From an uncultured Solirubrobacteraceae bacterium (GTDB lineage Bacteria; Actinomycetota; Thermoleophilia; Solirubrobacterales; Solirubrobacteraceae), in NCBI GenBank assembly GCA_963742395.1, contig CAVUME010000006.1, forward strand, positions 276,589-340,588: a stretch of DNA of 64,000 bases, read 5' to 3'. A program made the translations under genes and the position numbers. Every line of letters starts with the position of its first letter. Positions within the stretch are counted from its first letter, which is position 1. This document shows positions 18,880 through 28,803 of this stretch, in pieces. The notes under the pieces were generated by a model. It saw only the letters and a program-made list of their open reading frames with translations, was not told the origin of the DNA and did no database searches.

Positions 18880-21380
18880 GCGAGCGCCGGCCACAGGTGC
18901 TCGAGGACCTCGGGCTGCAGTTCAGCGGCCTCGGTCCGCCCCCGCGGGCGCCCCGTGCGTGGACCCGCGGCACGGTACTGGTGGCGCTAGCGCTGGTGCT
19001 CGCGCTGGCCGGCGCGACGGCGGCCGCGATCGTGATCGCCCGCGGCGGGTCGCTGCCCGCCGCCAATCCCCAGGATCTCGCCGCCAACGGTGTGCCGCTC
19101 CCGGGTAGCGAGCGCCTTGCCGGCCTGGACGCGCCGGACCCCGGCGCCGACGAACCGTCCTGGGACCTGCGCCTGTCGCGCACGGCCGCCGGGGAGACCT
19201 GCACGGCCGTCGGCCAGGTGCTCGGCGGTCAGTTCGGGATCGTCGGCCTGGACCACGTGTTCCGTGCCCTGCCGCTGGGGGGCGTGGATTCCTGCGGCGT
19301 CTCCACGCAGGGCGCACCCGTGCTGGCCGGGGTGCGGGTGTTCGTGGGCCGTATGCCGAGCCAGGTGCGGACCGTCGTGGACGGCGTCGCCGGCGCGGGC
19401 ACCAGATCCGTGACCGTGTACGGGCCCGGTGGGCCGCGCAGGCTGCCCCTCGGGCCCGAGGGGAGCTTCATCACCGTGTACGCGGGGTACGTCGAAGAAG
19501 TCCGCCCACGGTTGCTGATCGTGGACGGCTCCGGCCGCCGGCGCCGGCTCGGCTTCGCCCAGACGACGGTCCAGGAAGTGCCCGATCCCGAAGGACGCTC
19601 GCCGTGGGAGGTGAGCGGCGGTCCCGACCTCGAACGCGGCGCCTACCCCGACGAGAACTGCACGCAGGCCTCCGAGGAGCTCGGTCGCAGCGACCCGAGC
19701 CGCTTCGAAGCGCCGCTCACGCCCGAGGTCTGCGGGCGACTGGGTGTGCAACCGCTGTTCGTGCTTATGCGCAGGTTCGTGCCCGGCAGCGGCGAACACA
19801 CGGGCTTCCCTTGGAACAACACGCCGGCGCGGACGCTCGTCTACGGGGCGGTCGATCCGCGGGTCGCCTCGCTGACCCTGAAGGGCCCCGGGGGCGCCCG
19901 CCCGGTGCACATCGAACGCCGCGGAGGAGCCTTCCTCGCCGTGCTGGACGGTCGTGTGGATCCGAGTGCCCTGACGCTGGTGGCGATCACCCGCGACGGC
20001 CGCGTCCACGCCTACAGACACTCCACGCCGCTGTTCGGCGCCGAGCACAACCGGCCCTGGCACGAAGCCCCCGTGCCGGCCTACCGCCAGCCGCGCCCGG
20101 CCAGCACGCTGATCCCGCCGATGGAGTTTCCGATCCCCTCGAGCGTGCGCGAGAGCGTGCGCCTGCCCGACCCCGCGGGCGGGCCCGAGTGGGTGCTCCG
20201 TAGCTGGCGCGGGCGGCCCGATCCGCGCGCCAGCTACGGCAGCCGTCCGTCGGAGTTCGTCTGCGACCAGCTCGGCGTGCTGGAGGGGGGGAGGGTCGTG
20301 CAGCCGCCGCCGGCAGCGCCGGTGGTGCTGCAGCCGGGCCGCGAACTGAACGCCGGCGAGGGCGGCTGCAATGAACTGCGCTGGCTCGCCAAGCACCCTC
20401 CCGTGGGTGAAGTCGTCAGCTTCGTCAGCGACCCGTTCGCCTACTCGCCGATACCGCTACGGACCGTCGTGATGGGCATGGTGGGAGCACGGGCGCACGA
20501 TCCCGAGCTGCTCGGCGCCGGCCCCCCGCGCGCGCTCCCGGTCGATCCCAACGGGATGTTCCTGGCAGTGCTTCCCGGCGGCTATTGGGACGCGCACCTG
20601 CGGATCGTCGCCACCGTGAACGGCAAGCGCGTGGCCGGGTTCCCGCTGCAGGGGTTCAACGGCCCCGCTGCGCTCGAGGTCCCCCAGGCGCGGGCCCCCG
20701 ACCCGAACGGAGGACCTCCGTGGGGCTTCGCCGTGAGCGGCTATGAGTCCGCCCAGGGTCAGATCGTCGACGGGCGCCTGGTCGCCCTGGAACCCCAGAG
20801 CGGGACGCTCCACGCCGGGCCCGATGGGTGGGGCGGCGGACCCCCGGCGCGGGAACTGCGACACAAACCGCCACCGGTCCATTTCGAAGCGGAGGGCGCC
20901 TCCGGCACCGGCCTTCCGGGCGAAGCGGGCGAATACTCGCCACCCGAGGTGAAGCGCCGCACGCTGCCGGGGCGCACGATCATCACCGGGCGTGCCGACG
21001 GCGACGTCGCGGCCGTGACGATCGTCACCCCGCGCGATGTCAGGACGCTCCGGCCCAGCGGTCCCGCACACGTGCTGATCGCCGTCTACGACGGCCAGTT
21101 CTTCAGCGGCAGGATCACCGCCACGGTCCTGCTGCGCAACGGCAAGCGGATCACCGAGCAGATCCCCGACTTCACCAACGTGCAGGCCGAAGCGCCGCCC
21201 GAACCCTCGCTCGCCAGCTGGCTGCAGAGCACCCGGCGGCAGCTGCGCAAATGGCACGGTCCCCACAGCGGTCCCGGCAGGGTCGCGGAAGGCTACCTGC
21301 TGCTGTTGGGAAGCCTGAGGGCGATCGAAGGGCGGATCGCCTTCGTCCACGCGCACCCCGGGGTGCTGCCGGAAGGGTGA
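18876..21380 (+). CDS. Large membrane-anchored putative anti-sigma/sensor with four tandem extracellular repeat domains
   Basis: GTGA overlap with the sigma gene, one TM helix, and four PDPxG..W / RTxxxG / FxAVxxG modules. Confidence 0.75.
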   Translation: MSERRPQVLEDLGLQFSGLGPPPRAPRAWTRGTVLVALALVLALAGATAAAIVIARGGSLPAANPQDLAANGVPLPGSERLAGLDAPDPGADEPSWDLRLSRTAAGETCTAVGQVLGGQFGIVGLDHVFRALPLGGVDSCGVSTQGAPVLAGVRVFVGRMPSQVRTVVDGVAGAGTRSVTVYGPGGPRRLPLGPEGSFITVYAGYVEEVRPRLLIVDGSGRRRRLGFAQTTVQEVPDPEGRSPWEVSGGPDLERGAYPDENCTQASEELGRSDPSRFEAPLTPEVCGRLGVQPLFVLMRRFVPGSGEHTGFPWNNTPARTLVYGAVDPRVASLTLKGPGGARPVHIERRGGAFLAVLDGRVDPSALTLVAITRDGRVHAYRHSTPLFGAEHNRPWHEAPVPAYRQPRPASTLIPPMEFPIPSSVRESVRLPDPAGGPEWVLRSWRGRPDPRASYGSRPSEFVCDQLGVLEGGRVVQPPPAAPVVLQPGRELNAGEGGCNELRWLAKHPPVGEVVSFVSDPFAYSPIPLRTVVMGMVGARAHDPELLGAGPPRALPVDPNGMFLAVLPGGYWDAHLRIVATVNGKRVAGFPLQGFNGPAALEVPQARAPDPNGGPPWGFAVSGYESAQGQIVDGRLVALEPQSGTLHAGPDGWGGGPPARELRHKPPPVHFEAEGASGTGLPGEAGEYSPPEVKRRTLPGRTIITGRADGDVAAVTIVTPRDVRTLRPSGPAHVLIAVYDGQFFSGRITATVLLRNGKRITEQIPDFTNVQAEAPPEPSLASWLQSTRRQLRKWHGPHSGPGRVAEGYLLLLGSLRAIEGRIAFVHAHPGVLPEG

Positions 21381-21425
21381 GGGCCTTCGCGGCCCGAGCC
21401 GGCCTCGGGCCTGACGGACGGCGGC

Positions 21426-22040
21426 CTAGTGAACGCTCGGCTGCGCCGGCGGCGGTAGCTTCGAGCTGCCGGGCGCCCGCAGCCCGTCGATCACGATCTC
21501 AACCAGCCGCGGCCAGCGGCCCATCGCGGGTCCCACCTGCTGGCGGGTGGCGCTGCCGAGGCCGCAGCTGACCATCGGGATGTCCTCCCAGGTGAGGTCA
21601 CGGCGCAGGCTTCCGTCGCGCTGGGCGCGCGTGACCAACTGATCGAGCAGCTCCGGCATCCCGGCCGCTTCGGCGGCCGCCCCCGTGAGGTCAGGGCGCA
21701 GTCCGGTGATCTCACACAGACAGCGGTCGCCGGCCTGGATCTGGGCGGAGAAGCGGATGAACTCCGAGATGCCGGTCCACGGGTCCTCCACCTCCAGACA
21801 CTCGCGCGCCTTCCCGGCGAGGCGCTCGAAGCCTTCGCCCACGAGCGCGGCGATCAGATCGTCCTTGGTGGGGAAGTGGCGGTATACGGTGCCGACGCCG
21901 ACCCCGGCCAGTTTCGCCAGGTCGGGCATCTGGGCGTCGACGCCCTCGTCGGCGAACAGCGTGCTGGCCGCGGCCAGCACGGCCTCGCGGTTGCGGCGGG
22001 CGTCGGCCCGCAGTGACCTGGTCGTGTCGGTTACGGCCAT
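21426..22040 (-). CDS. TetR-family regulator
   Basis: LRADARRNREAVL and AGVGVGTVYRHFPTKDDL. Confidence 0.93.
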   Translation of the reverse strand: MAVTDTTRSLRADARRNREAVLAAASTLFADEGVDAQMPDLAKLAGVGVGTVYRHFPTKDDLIAALVGEGFERLAGKARECLEVEDPWTGISEFIRFSAQIQAGDRCLCEITGLRPDLTGAAAEAAGMPELLDQLVTRAQRDGSLRRDLTWEDIPMVSCGLGSATRQQVGPAMGRWPRLVEIVIDGLRAPGSSKLPPPAQPSVH

Positions 22041-22080
22041 CTCAGAAGTCTCCCCCAGCCTGATGTCGAACACGCACTTG

Positions 22081-22133
22081 AAACGGAATCATCATTCACT
22101 ATAGTAGCTGAAACCGGAATCCGACTTCCGAAT
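22081..22133. promoter_or_regulatory. Putative TetR operators (CGGAAT...TTCCG)
   Basis: AAACGGAATCATCATTCACT and AACCGGAATCCGACTTCCG in the divergent intergenic region. Confidence 0.5.
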
Positions 22134-22187
22134 GCGACGCCCCGCAACACCGCCGAGAGTCCCCAGCTAGTGAAGGGAGCCAGCCCC

Positions 22188-23645
22188 GTGAAGAGCTCAG
22201 CCGACTACCTCGAACGACGTTGGACAGCGCTGATCCTGCTGTGCGTGGCCCAGTTCATCGTCGTCCTGGATGCCTCGATCGTGAACGTGGCCCTGCCCAG
22301 CATCGGCCGGGGCCTGCACTTCTCCGAGCAGAACCTGCCGTGGGTGGTGAACGCCTACCTGATCGCGTTCGGGGGCTTCCTGCTGCTGGGCGGACGGGCC
22401 GCGGACCTGCTCGGCCGCCGACGCGTGTTCATGGCCGGGCTCGCGCTGGTGGCCATCTCCTCGCTGGCGGCCGGCTTCGCATCCACCCAGGGACAGCTGA
22501 TAGCCGCGCGCGCGGCCCAGGGCCTGGGGGCAGCGATCGTCTCGCCGGCGGCGCTGTCGATCGTGACGACGCTGTTCAGCGACGGGGCCGAGCGCAACAA
22601 GGCGCTGGGCGCGTGGGGGGCCGTGGCGGGCTCGGCGGGCGCCGTCGGGGTGCTGCTGGGCGGCATCCTCACGGAAGGACTGGGCTGGGAATGGGTGCTG
22701 TGGGTGAACGTACCGGTGTCGCTGATCGCGATGGCGCTGACCCCGGGGCTGATCCCCGAGAGCCGCTCGGAGGCGGAGCACCGCCACTTCGACGCCGCCG
22801 GAGCGGTGACGATCACAGCCGGCCTGTCGCTGCTCGCCTACGCGCTGCTCGACGCCACCAGCGCCGGCTGGGGCTCGACCAAGATCGTCAGCCTGTTCGC
22901 GGCCTCGGCCGTGCTGCTGGCTGCCTTCGTGGCGATCGAGCTGCGCTCGAAGGCGCCGCTGGTCCCGTTCCGGATCTTCCGCACCAGGACCGTCCTGGGC
23001 GCCAACGTGGTCGGGCTGCTGCTCGGGGCCTCGCTGTTCTCGATGTTCTTCTTCGTGACCCTGTACATGCAGCAGGTGCTCCACTACGGGCCGATCCACG
23101 CCGGCCTCTCCTACCTGCCCCTGTCGGCCGCGATCATCGTCTCGGCCGGGTTCGGAGGACAGCTGGTGACGCGCTTCGGCTTCAAGCCGATCCTCGCCAT
23201 CGGGATGCTCTCGGTGGCGGTGGGGCTGCTGTGGTTCAGCGGCATCTCGGTCGGGGGCTCCTTCGTGGACGACATCCTCGGCCCCTCGCTGCTGGCGGCG
23301 ATCGGCCTGGGGTTCGGCTTCGTGACCTCGACGATCGCGGCGGTGGCCGGCGTGCGGTCGCGCGAGCAGGGTCTCGCCAGCGGGCTGATCAACACCTCCC
23401 AGCAGTTCGGCGGCGCGATCGGGCTCGCGGTGCTGTCCGCGATCGCCACCTCGCGCACGCACAACGTGCTCGCGGGCGGCTCGAGCCCCGTCAACGCCCT
23501 CAACGAGGGCTTCCAGGCCGCCTTCCTGGTCGGGGCGGGCATCGCGGCCCTCGGTGTGCTCGCGACGCTGCTGCTGATCCGCACCCGCGACAGCCGCGCG
23601 CACGTCGAGATGGCCGCAGCCGGGGCCGCCGGCGCGGGTGCCTAG
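22188..23645 (+). CDS. MFS transporter, DHA2 family
   Basis: LDASIVNVALPSI, GGRAADLLGRRR and WVLWVNVPV. Confidence 0.94.
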   Translation: MKSSADYLERRWTALILLCVAQFIVVLDASIVNVALPSIGRGLHFSEQNLPWVVNAYLIAFGGFLLLGGRAADLLGRRRVFMAGLALVAISSLAAGFASTQGQLIAARAAQGLGAAIVSPAALSIVTTLFSDGAERNKALGAWGAVAGSAGAVGVLLGGILTEGLGWEWVLWVNVPVSLIAMALTPGLIPESRSEAEHRHFDAAGAVTITAGLSLLAYALLDATSAGWGSTKIVSLFAASAVLLAAFVAIELRSKAPLVPFRIFRTRTVLGANVVGLLLGASLFSMFFFVTLYMQQVLHYGPIHAGLSYLPLSAAIIVSAGFGGQLVTRFGFKPILAIGMLSVAVGLLWFSGISVGGSFVDDILGPSLLAAIGLGFGFVTSTIAAVAGVRSREQGLASGLINTSQQFGGAIGLAVLSAIATSRTHNVLAGGSSPVNALNEGFQAAFLVGAGIAALGVLATLLLIRTRDSRAHVEMAAAGAAGAGA

Positions 23646-25069
23646 GCCGTGCCCTCCGAGGCGCCGGCGCGGGGGTTGTGGGCGAGCACGTAGCGGGCGT
23701 ATACGCAGGCGAGCAGCAGGATCGCCACCGACGCGTACGGGAACACGCTGTATGGCAGCGGCTGTCCGGGCTGGAACAGCTCGGCGAACGGCACCGCCAG
23801 CGTGAGCACCCCCAGCAGCGGCATCAGGCAGTGGCGCACGGGCGAGAGGCGCCGCCCGCGGCGGTGGATGAACACCGGCAGCGACACCGCGGTCAGGACG
23901 TACACGAACAGGATCAGGATCGTGCCCATCGTCGAGCACTCGGCGTACAGGTTGACCGGGTCGCTCGATCCACCGATCAGGCCGGTGGCGTGGCACAGCC
24001 ACCAGATCACGACGATGCCCAGGCCGAACACGGTCATCGCGACCAGCGCGGCGACGGGGGTCTTGCCCGGCGGCCGCGAGGTCCCCAGCCGAGCCGGCAG
24101 AAGCCCCGAGCGACCGCCGTCGAACAGCACCCGCGCCTGCGAGTTGGCCGCTGCCACCAGCGTCGCCAGCACCGAGAAGATGCCGGCCAGCCAGGCGAGG
24201 ATGGCGGCCGAGCCCAGGTAGCGGTCGGCCATTTCGAGGAACGGGACCGAGGCGCGGCCGATCGAGCCGGTCTCGTAGTGGAAGCCGACGATGGTCGTGT
24301 AGGCGAACAGCACGAACAGGGCCGTGGCGGCGGCGATGGAGATGTAGAGGGCGCGGGGGATGGTGCGGGCCGGTTCGCGCGTTTCCTCGGCCAGCGCGGG
24401 GCCGTTTTCCCAGCCGATGAACATGTACAGGGCGAGCGGGAAACCGGCCGCCAGGCCGGCCAGGCCGCCGCTCACGTGCGACCACGAGAAGGGCGCTGCT
24501 GTTAGGGATCCGGACTCTTCGCTCAGCACAACCACGCAGGTGGCGACCATTACGGCTATCTGGAAGATCAGCGCGGCCGAGACGACCACCGTCGAGCGAC
24601 TCGCCCCGCGCAGCGCGACCGCGACGCCCCCGAGGCTGGTCACGAGCGCGATCGGGAGCCAGCTCGGCTGCCAGGACACGTAGTGCTCGAGCGTGAGCGC
24701 GATCATCCCGCCGGACATCGCGAACACGCCCGCGATCGCGATCGTGAACCCGACCGCGATCAAAACCGAGGTGACCGCCCCGGCCCGCGCCCCGAGGGAG
24801 GTCTCCACGTAGGTGATAAAGCTGCCCGCGGAGGGCTCGATGCGGGTGAACTCGGCCGCGATGAAGGCGAGGAAGCAGACGGCGATGCCGGCGCTGAGGA
24901 TCGTCAGCGGGGCGCCCACGCCGGCGGTCACGGCGATCACGCCGAAGGCGAAGTAGAAGTCGATCCCGGGGCCGATGTTGGCCACCGTGGAGGAGGTCAC
25001 GTCGCCGAGTCCGAGCTTGCCCTTCTCGGCACCCGGCCCGGACCCGTCGCGCGAGCTCACCCGGGGCAC
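23642..25069 (-). CDS. APC-family amino acid/polyamine permease
   Basis: PSAGSFITYV, FIGWENGPALAEETREPARTIPRA and ARVLFDGGRSGLLP. Confidence 0.9.
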   Translation of the reverse strand: MPRVSSRDGSGPGAEKGKLGLGDVTSSTVANIGPGIDFYFAFGVIAVTAGVGAPLTILSAGIAVCFLAFIAAEFTRIEPSAGSFITYVETSLGARAGAVTSVLIAVGFTIAIAGVFAMSGGMIALTLEHYVSWQPSWLPIALVTSLGGVAVALRGASRSTVVVSAALIFQIAVMVATCVVVLSEESGSLTAAPFSWSHVSGGLAGLAAGFPLALYMFIGWENGPALAEETREPARTIPRALYISIAAATALFVLFAYTTIVGFHYETGSIGRASVPFLEMADRYLGSAAILAWLAGIFSVLATLVAAANSQARVLFDGGRSGLLPARLGTSRPPGKTPVAALVAMTVFGLGIVVIWWLCHATGLIGGSSDPVNLYAECSTMGTILILFVYVLTAVSLPVFIHRRGRRLSPVRHCLMPLLGVLTLAVPFAELFQPGQPLPYSVFPYASVAILLLACVYARYVLAHNPRAGASEGTA

Positions 25070-25139
25070 TGTACGGGCCGCCGCTGCGCGATCCTACGCC
25101 GTACGCGATGAACGAGAGTCCCGTTCTGGCCCAGGTCTG

Positions 25140-27191
25140 ATGTCCACCGCGACCGCCACCGCGGCCGAGCCCGTCGCCCAGCCCCGGACGCGGGTGATCT
25201 TCGGCGGGCTGATGCTGGTGGTGCTGCTGGCGGCCCTCGATCAGACGATCGTGGCGACGGCGCTGCCGACGATCGTCGGGGACCTCGGCGGGCTCGACCG
25301 CCTGGCGTGGGTGACGAGCGCCTTCCTGCTGGCCCAGACCGCGGCCACGCCCATCTACGGCAAGCTCGGTGACCTCTACGGGCGCAAGCGCGTGCTGCAG
25401 AGCGCGATCGTGCTGTTCCTGCTGGGCTCGGCACTGTGCGGCCAGTCGGCCAACATGACCGAGCTGATCGCCTTCCGCGCGGTCCAGGGGCTCGGCGCGG
25501 GCGGGCTGATCGTGCTCGCCCAGGCCTCGATCGGCGACGTCGTCAGCCCCCGCGACCGGGGCCGCTACCAGGGCCTGTTCGGGGCCGTGTTCGGCATCGC
25601 CAGCATCGCCGGGCCGCTGCTGGGGGGCGTGATCGTGACCGCCGTCTCGTGGCGGTGGATCTTCTACATCAACCTGCCCGTGGGGCTCGCCGCGCTGGTT
25701 GTGCTGGCGGTGACGCTGCCGGCCCAGGGCTCGCGCGGGCGCCCGAAGATCGACTACCTCGGTGCCGGGCTGCTCGCGTCGGGGCTGAGCGCGATCGTGC
25801 TCGTCACGAGCCTCGGCGGCACGACCTGGGCGTGGGGTTCGGCGCAGGTGGTGCTGGTGGGGGCGCTCGGGGTGGCACTGCTCGCCGTGTTCCTGTTCGT
25901 CGAGAGCCGCGCCGCCGAGCCGATCCTGCCGCTCTCGCTGATACGAGACCCCGTCTTCGCGGTCGCGGGGTCGCTCTCGTTGATCGTCGGCTTCGCCCTC
26001 TTCGGAGCGGTCGTGTTCCTGCCCCTGTACTTCCAGACCGTCGACCTGGCCTCTCCCACCCAAGCGGGCCTGCGCCTGGTGCCGATGATCGTGGGGCTGC
26101 TGACCACGTCGATCCTCTCGGGGCAGCTGATCTCGCGCACCGGGCGCTACCGGGTGTTCCCGATCGTGGGGACGCTGCTGATGAGCGCCGGGCTGCTGCT
26201 GCTGACGCGCCTGGACGTCGGCACCTCGACCGCCGCTGCGGCGGGCTATCTGTTCGTGCTCGGCCTGGGACTGGGGTGCACCATGCAGGTGCTGGTGCTC
26301 GCCGTCCAGAACGCGGTCGACTACAAGCTGCTCGGCGCGGCCACCTCGGGTGTCACGATGATGCGCGGAATCGGCGGGGCGATCGGAACGGCCGTGCTCG
26401 GGGCGATCTTCACCTCGCGGCTCACCGGCCAGCTGAAATCGGCCCTGCACGGGGCGCTCGGCGCGCAGGTGGCCAAAGGCGCCCGCCTCACCGGCGCCCA
26501 GGTGGCGCATCTGTCTGCCGGGCCGCGGTCGATCTACCAGCACGCCTACGTCCACTCGCTGCGGCCCGCCTTCATCGTGGCCGCGGCCGCCGCTGCGCTC
26601 GGCTTCGTGCTGAGCCTGTTCCTGCAGGAGCGCAAGCTGCGGGGAGCCCCTGCGACCAGCACGGGCCTCGAGGACGGCCTCGCGGCCCCGCGCTCGCCGG
26701 ACTCGCTGGCCGAGATCGAGCGCTCACTGACACGGGTGACGAGCCCCGATGAGCGGATGCGCTTCCGCGAACGGGTGGCCAAGCGGGCCGGGCTGGAGCT
26801 GTCACCCGGCGCCACCTGGGCGCTCGTGCGCATCCAGGAGCACGGACCCGAGCGGGCCCGCGCGCTGGCGAGGGCCGACGGCGTCCCGCCCGAGCGGATC
26901 ACACGGGTGACGGAGGAGCTGCGCGGGCTCGGCCTGTTCGGGCAGGATGCCGCCGAGCCCGACTCCGACTCCGACGGCGCCGGGGCCGGAGCCGTCGGGC
27001 AGGCCGCGCTGACGCCGACGGGGCACGAGCACGCCGAGCGCCTGCTGGCGGCCCGGCGCGAGCTGCTCGTGGAGGCGCTGGCCGACGACGGCGCCGAGCG
27101 CGATCCACAGGTGCTCACCCTGCTGCGGCGCCTGGCGGTGGAGCTCTGCGGCGAGCCTCCCGGCATGCAGGAGGCGGCCGCCGCCGGGTAG
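25140..27191 (+). CDS. DHA2 MFS transporter with C-terminal MarR-like winged-helix extension
   Basis: ALDQTIVATALPTI and YGKLGDLYGRK. The C-terminus reads LSPGATWALVRI...LTPTGHEHAERL. Confidence 0.9.
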   Translation: MSTATATAAEPVAQPRTRVIFGGLMLVVLLAALDQTIVATALPTIVGDLGGLDRLAWVTSAFLLAQTAATPIYGKLGDLYGRKRVLQSAIVLFLLGSALCGQSANMTELIAFRAVQGLGAGGLIVLAQASIGDVVSPRDRGRYQGLFGAVFGIASIAGPLLGGVIVTAVSWRWIFYINLPVGLAALVVLAVTLPAQGSRGRPKIDYLGAGLLASGLSAIVLVTSLGGTTWAWGSAQVVLVGALGVALLAVFLFVESRAAEPILPLSLIRDPVFAVAGSLSLIVGFALFGAVVFLPLYFQTVDLASPTQAGLRLVPMIVGLLTTSILSGQLISRTGRYRVFPIVGTLLMSAGLLLLTRLDVGTSTAAAAGYLFVLGLGLGCTMQVLVLAVQNAVDYKLLGAATSGVTMMRGIGGAIGTAVLGAIFTSRLTGQLKSALHGALGAQVAKGARLTGAQVAHLSAGPRSIYQHAYVHSLRPAFIVAAAAAALGFVLSLFLQERKLRGAPATSTGLEDGLAAPRSPDSLAEIERSLTRVTSPDERMRFRERVAKRAGLELSPGATWALVRIQEHGPERARALARADGVPPERITRVTEELRGLGLFGQDAAEPDSDSDGAGAGAVGQAALTPTGHEHAERLLAARRELLVEALADDGAERDPQVLTLLRRLAVELCGEPPGMQEAAAAG

Positions 27192-27192
27192 T

Positions 27193-28284
27193 GTGGGCCG
27201 GGCCCTGGACCTCCTGATCGACAAGGACGACCTGCACAGCTGCCGGCTGGTCGAGGCCGACCCGCCCGCTCCCGCCGACGGTCAGGCGCTGCTGAGCGTG
27301 GAGCACTTCGGGCTGACCTCGAACAACATCACCTACGCCCAGTTCGGGCGGGCGATGTCCTACTGGGACTTCTTCCCCGCCGAGGAGGGATGGGGGCGGA
27401 TGCCGGTGTGGGGCTTCGCCGAGGTCGCCGAGAGCCGGGTCGCGGGTCTGGCCGAGGGAGAGCGCCTGTACGGATACCTGCCGCCGTCCACCGAGCTGCT
27501 GGTGGTCCCGACCCACGTCAGCGAGCGTGGCTTCGTCGACGCCTCACCCCACCGCGCCGGGCTCCCTGCGGCCTACAACGGCTACACGGCAACCGCCTCG
27601 GATCCGGTGTACGAGGCCGGCCAGGAGGACCTCCAGATGCTCCTGCGCCCATTGTTCTTCACCTCCTGGCTGCTCGACGACTTCCTCGGCGAGGCGGACA
27701 TCTTCGGCGCCGAGCTGGTGGTCATCTCGAGTGCCTCCAGCCGGACCGCGAGCGCGCTGGCGCACCTCCTCTCGCTGCGCGATGGGGTGCAGGTCCTCGG
27801 CCTCACCTCGCCGCGCGGCGTGGCCTTCACCGAGGGTCTGGGGGCCTATGACACGGTGCTCTCCTACGAGCAGCTCGATGACCTCCCGGACGGGCGAGCC
27901 GTGTACGTGGACATCAGCGGCGATGCCGGGGTCCGCGTCGCGGTCCACCGCCGCTACGCCGAGAAGCTGCTGCATTCGTCGGTCGTGGGGGCCACCCACC
28001 ACGACCAGATGGGCGACGTCCCCGACGACCTCCCTGGGCCGCGCCCGACGTTCTTCTTCGCCCCCGACCGCGTCGCGTCGCGTTCGGCCGAGTGGGGCAG
28101 GGAGGGATTGGAAGGCAGGATCGCCGACTCCTGGCATCCGTATGTGAGCTGGACCGAGGGCTGGCTGCGGGTCCAGCACGAGCGCGGCGGGCCGGCCCTG
28201 CGCTCCACCTATCTCGACCTGCTGGACGGGAAGATCGACCCCTCCTGTGCCCACGTCCTGACCCTCCAGGACGAAGCCGGGTGA
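27193..28284 (+). CDS. DUF2855-family protein
   Basis: FGLTSNNITYA, YWDFFP, PVWGFAEV, LRPLFFTSWLL, SSASSRTA and FFFAP. Confidence 0.88.
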   Translation: MGRALDLLIDKDDLHSCRLVEADPPAPADGQALLSVEHFGLTSNNITYAQFGRAMSYWDFFPAEEGWGRMPVWGFAEVAESRVAGLAEGERLYGYLPPSTELLVVPTHVSERGFVDASPHRAGLPAAYNGYTATASDPVYEAGQEDLQMLLRPLFFTSWLLDDFLGEADIFGAELVVISSASSRTASALAHLLSLRDGVQVLGLTSPRGVAFTEGLGAYDTVLSYEQLDDLPDGRAVYVDISGDAGVRVAVHRRYAEKLLHSSVVGATHHDQMGDVPDDLPGPRPTFFFAPDRVASRSAEWGREGLEGRIADSWHPYVSWTEGWLRVQHERGGPALRSTYLDLLDGKIDPSCAHVLTLQDEAG

Positions 28285-28372
28285 CCCGGCTGGGGCGAGC
28301 CCACGCCCTGGTTCTCCCGGACCCGCTCGCGTCCTGACCCATCACGGCCCGGATGCCGGGCGCCGGCGCTGC

Positions 28373-28717
28373 TCAGCCGGTTGGGTCCTCGGGGGAGGTG
28401 ATCGTGCGCAGGTGCTGGGCGACCCCGGTCACCGAGAGCAGCCGCTCCACCTGCTGGGAGCTGTGGGTCACGGCCAGCTCCTGGTTGCGCTCCGTGCACA
28501 GCTTGCGGGCCGCGAGGATCACGCGCAGGCCGGTGGAGTCGATGAACTGCAGGTCGTGGAGGTCCAGCACGACCATGCCGTTGTCCTGCAGGTCGGCGCC
28601 CTCGATGGCCTTCTGCAGCAAAGGCGCGCTGGCCATGTCGAGTTCGCCCTCAAGGGCGATGACGACCCGGTCGGGCTCCCGGCGGACGTCGATCCGGAGC
28701 TGTTCGATCGCACCCAT
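28373..28717 (-). CDS. rsbV: STAS-domain anti-anti-sigma factor (RsbV-like)
   Basis: LEGELDMASA and LDLHDLQFIDSTGLRVIL, with the phosphorylatable Ser. Confidence 0.93.
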   Translation of the reverse strand: MGAIEQLRIDVRREPDRVVIALEGELDMASAPLLQKAIEGADLQDNGMVVLDLHDLQFIDSTGLRVILAARKLCTERNQELAVTHSSQQVERLLSVTGVAQHLRTITSPEDPTG

Positions 28718-28773
28718 CCCTCGAGGGAAGTCTACCCGAGCCCGGCGACCGGGCTAAGAAGTGACATTGATGT

Positions 28774-28798
28774 GTTTAGGACTCGTGAGGAGGGGTAT
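28774..28798 (+). promoter_or_regulatory. SigB/SigF-type promoter GTTT-N15-GGGTAT
   Basis: Exact consensus on the + strand, with no credible + strand CDS downstream. Confidence 0.75.
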
Positions 28799-28803
28799 CA
28801 ACC

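Noticed and set aside
22197-26555. 1452-aa minus-strand ORF
   Set aside because: Shadow frame over two + strand MFS genes and the APC permease. It is Arg/Gly/Pro-rich with no domain motifs, as expected in high-GC DNA.
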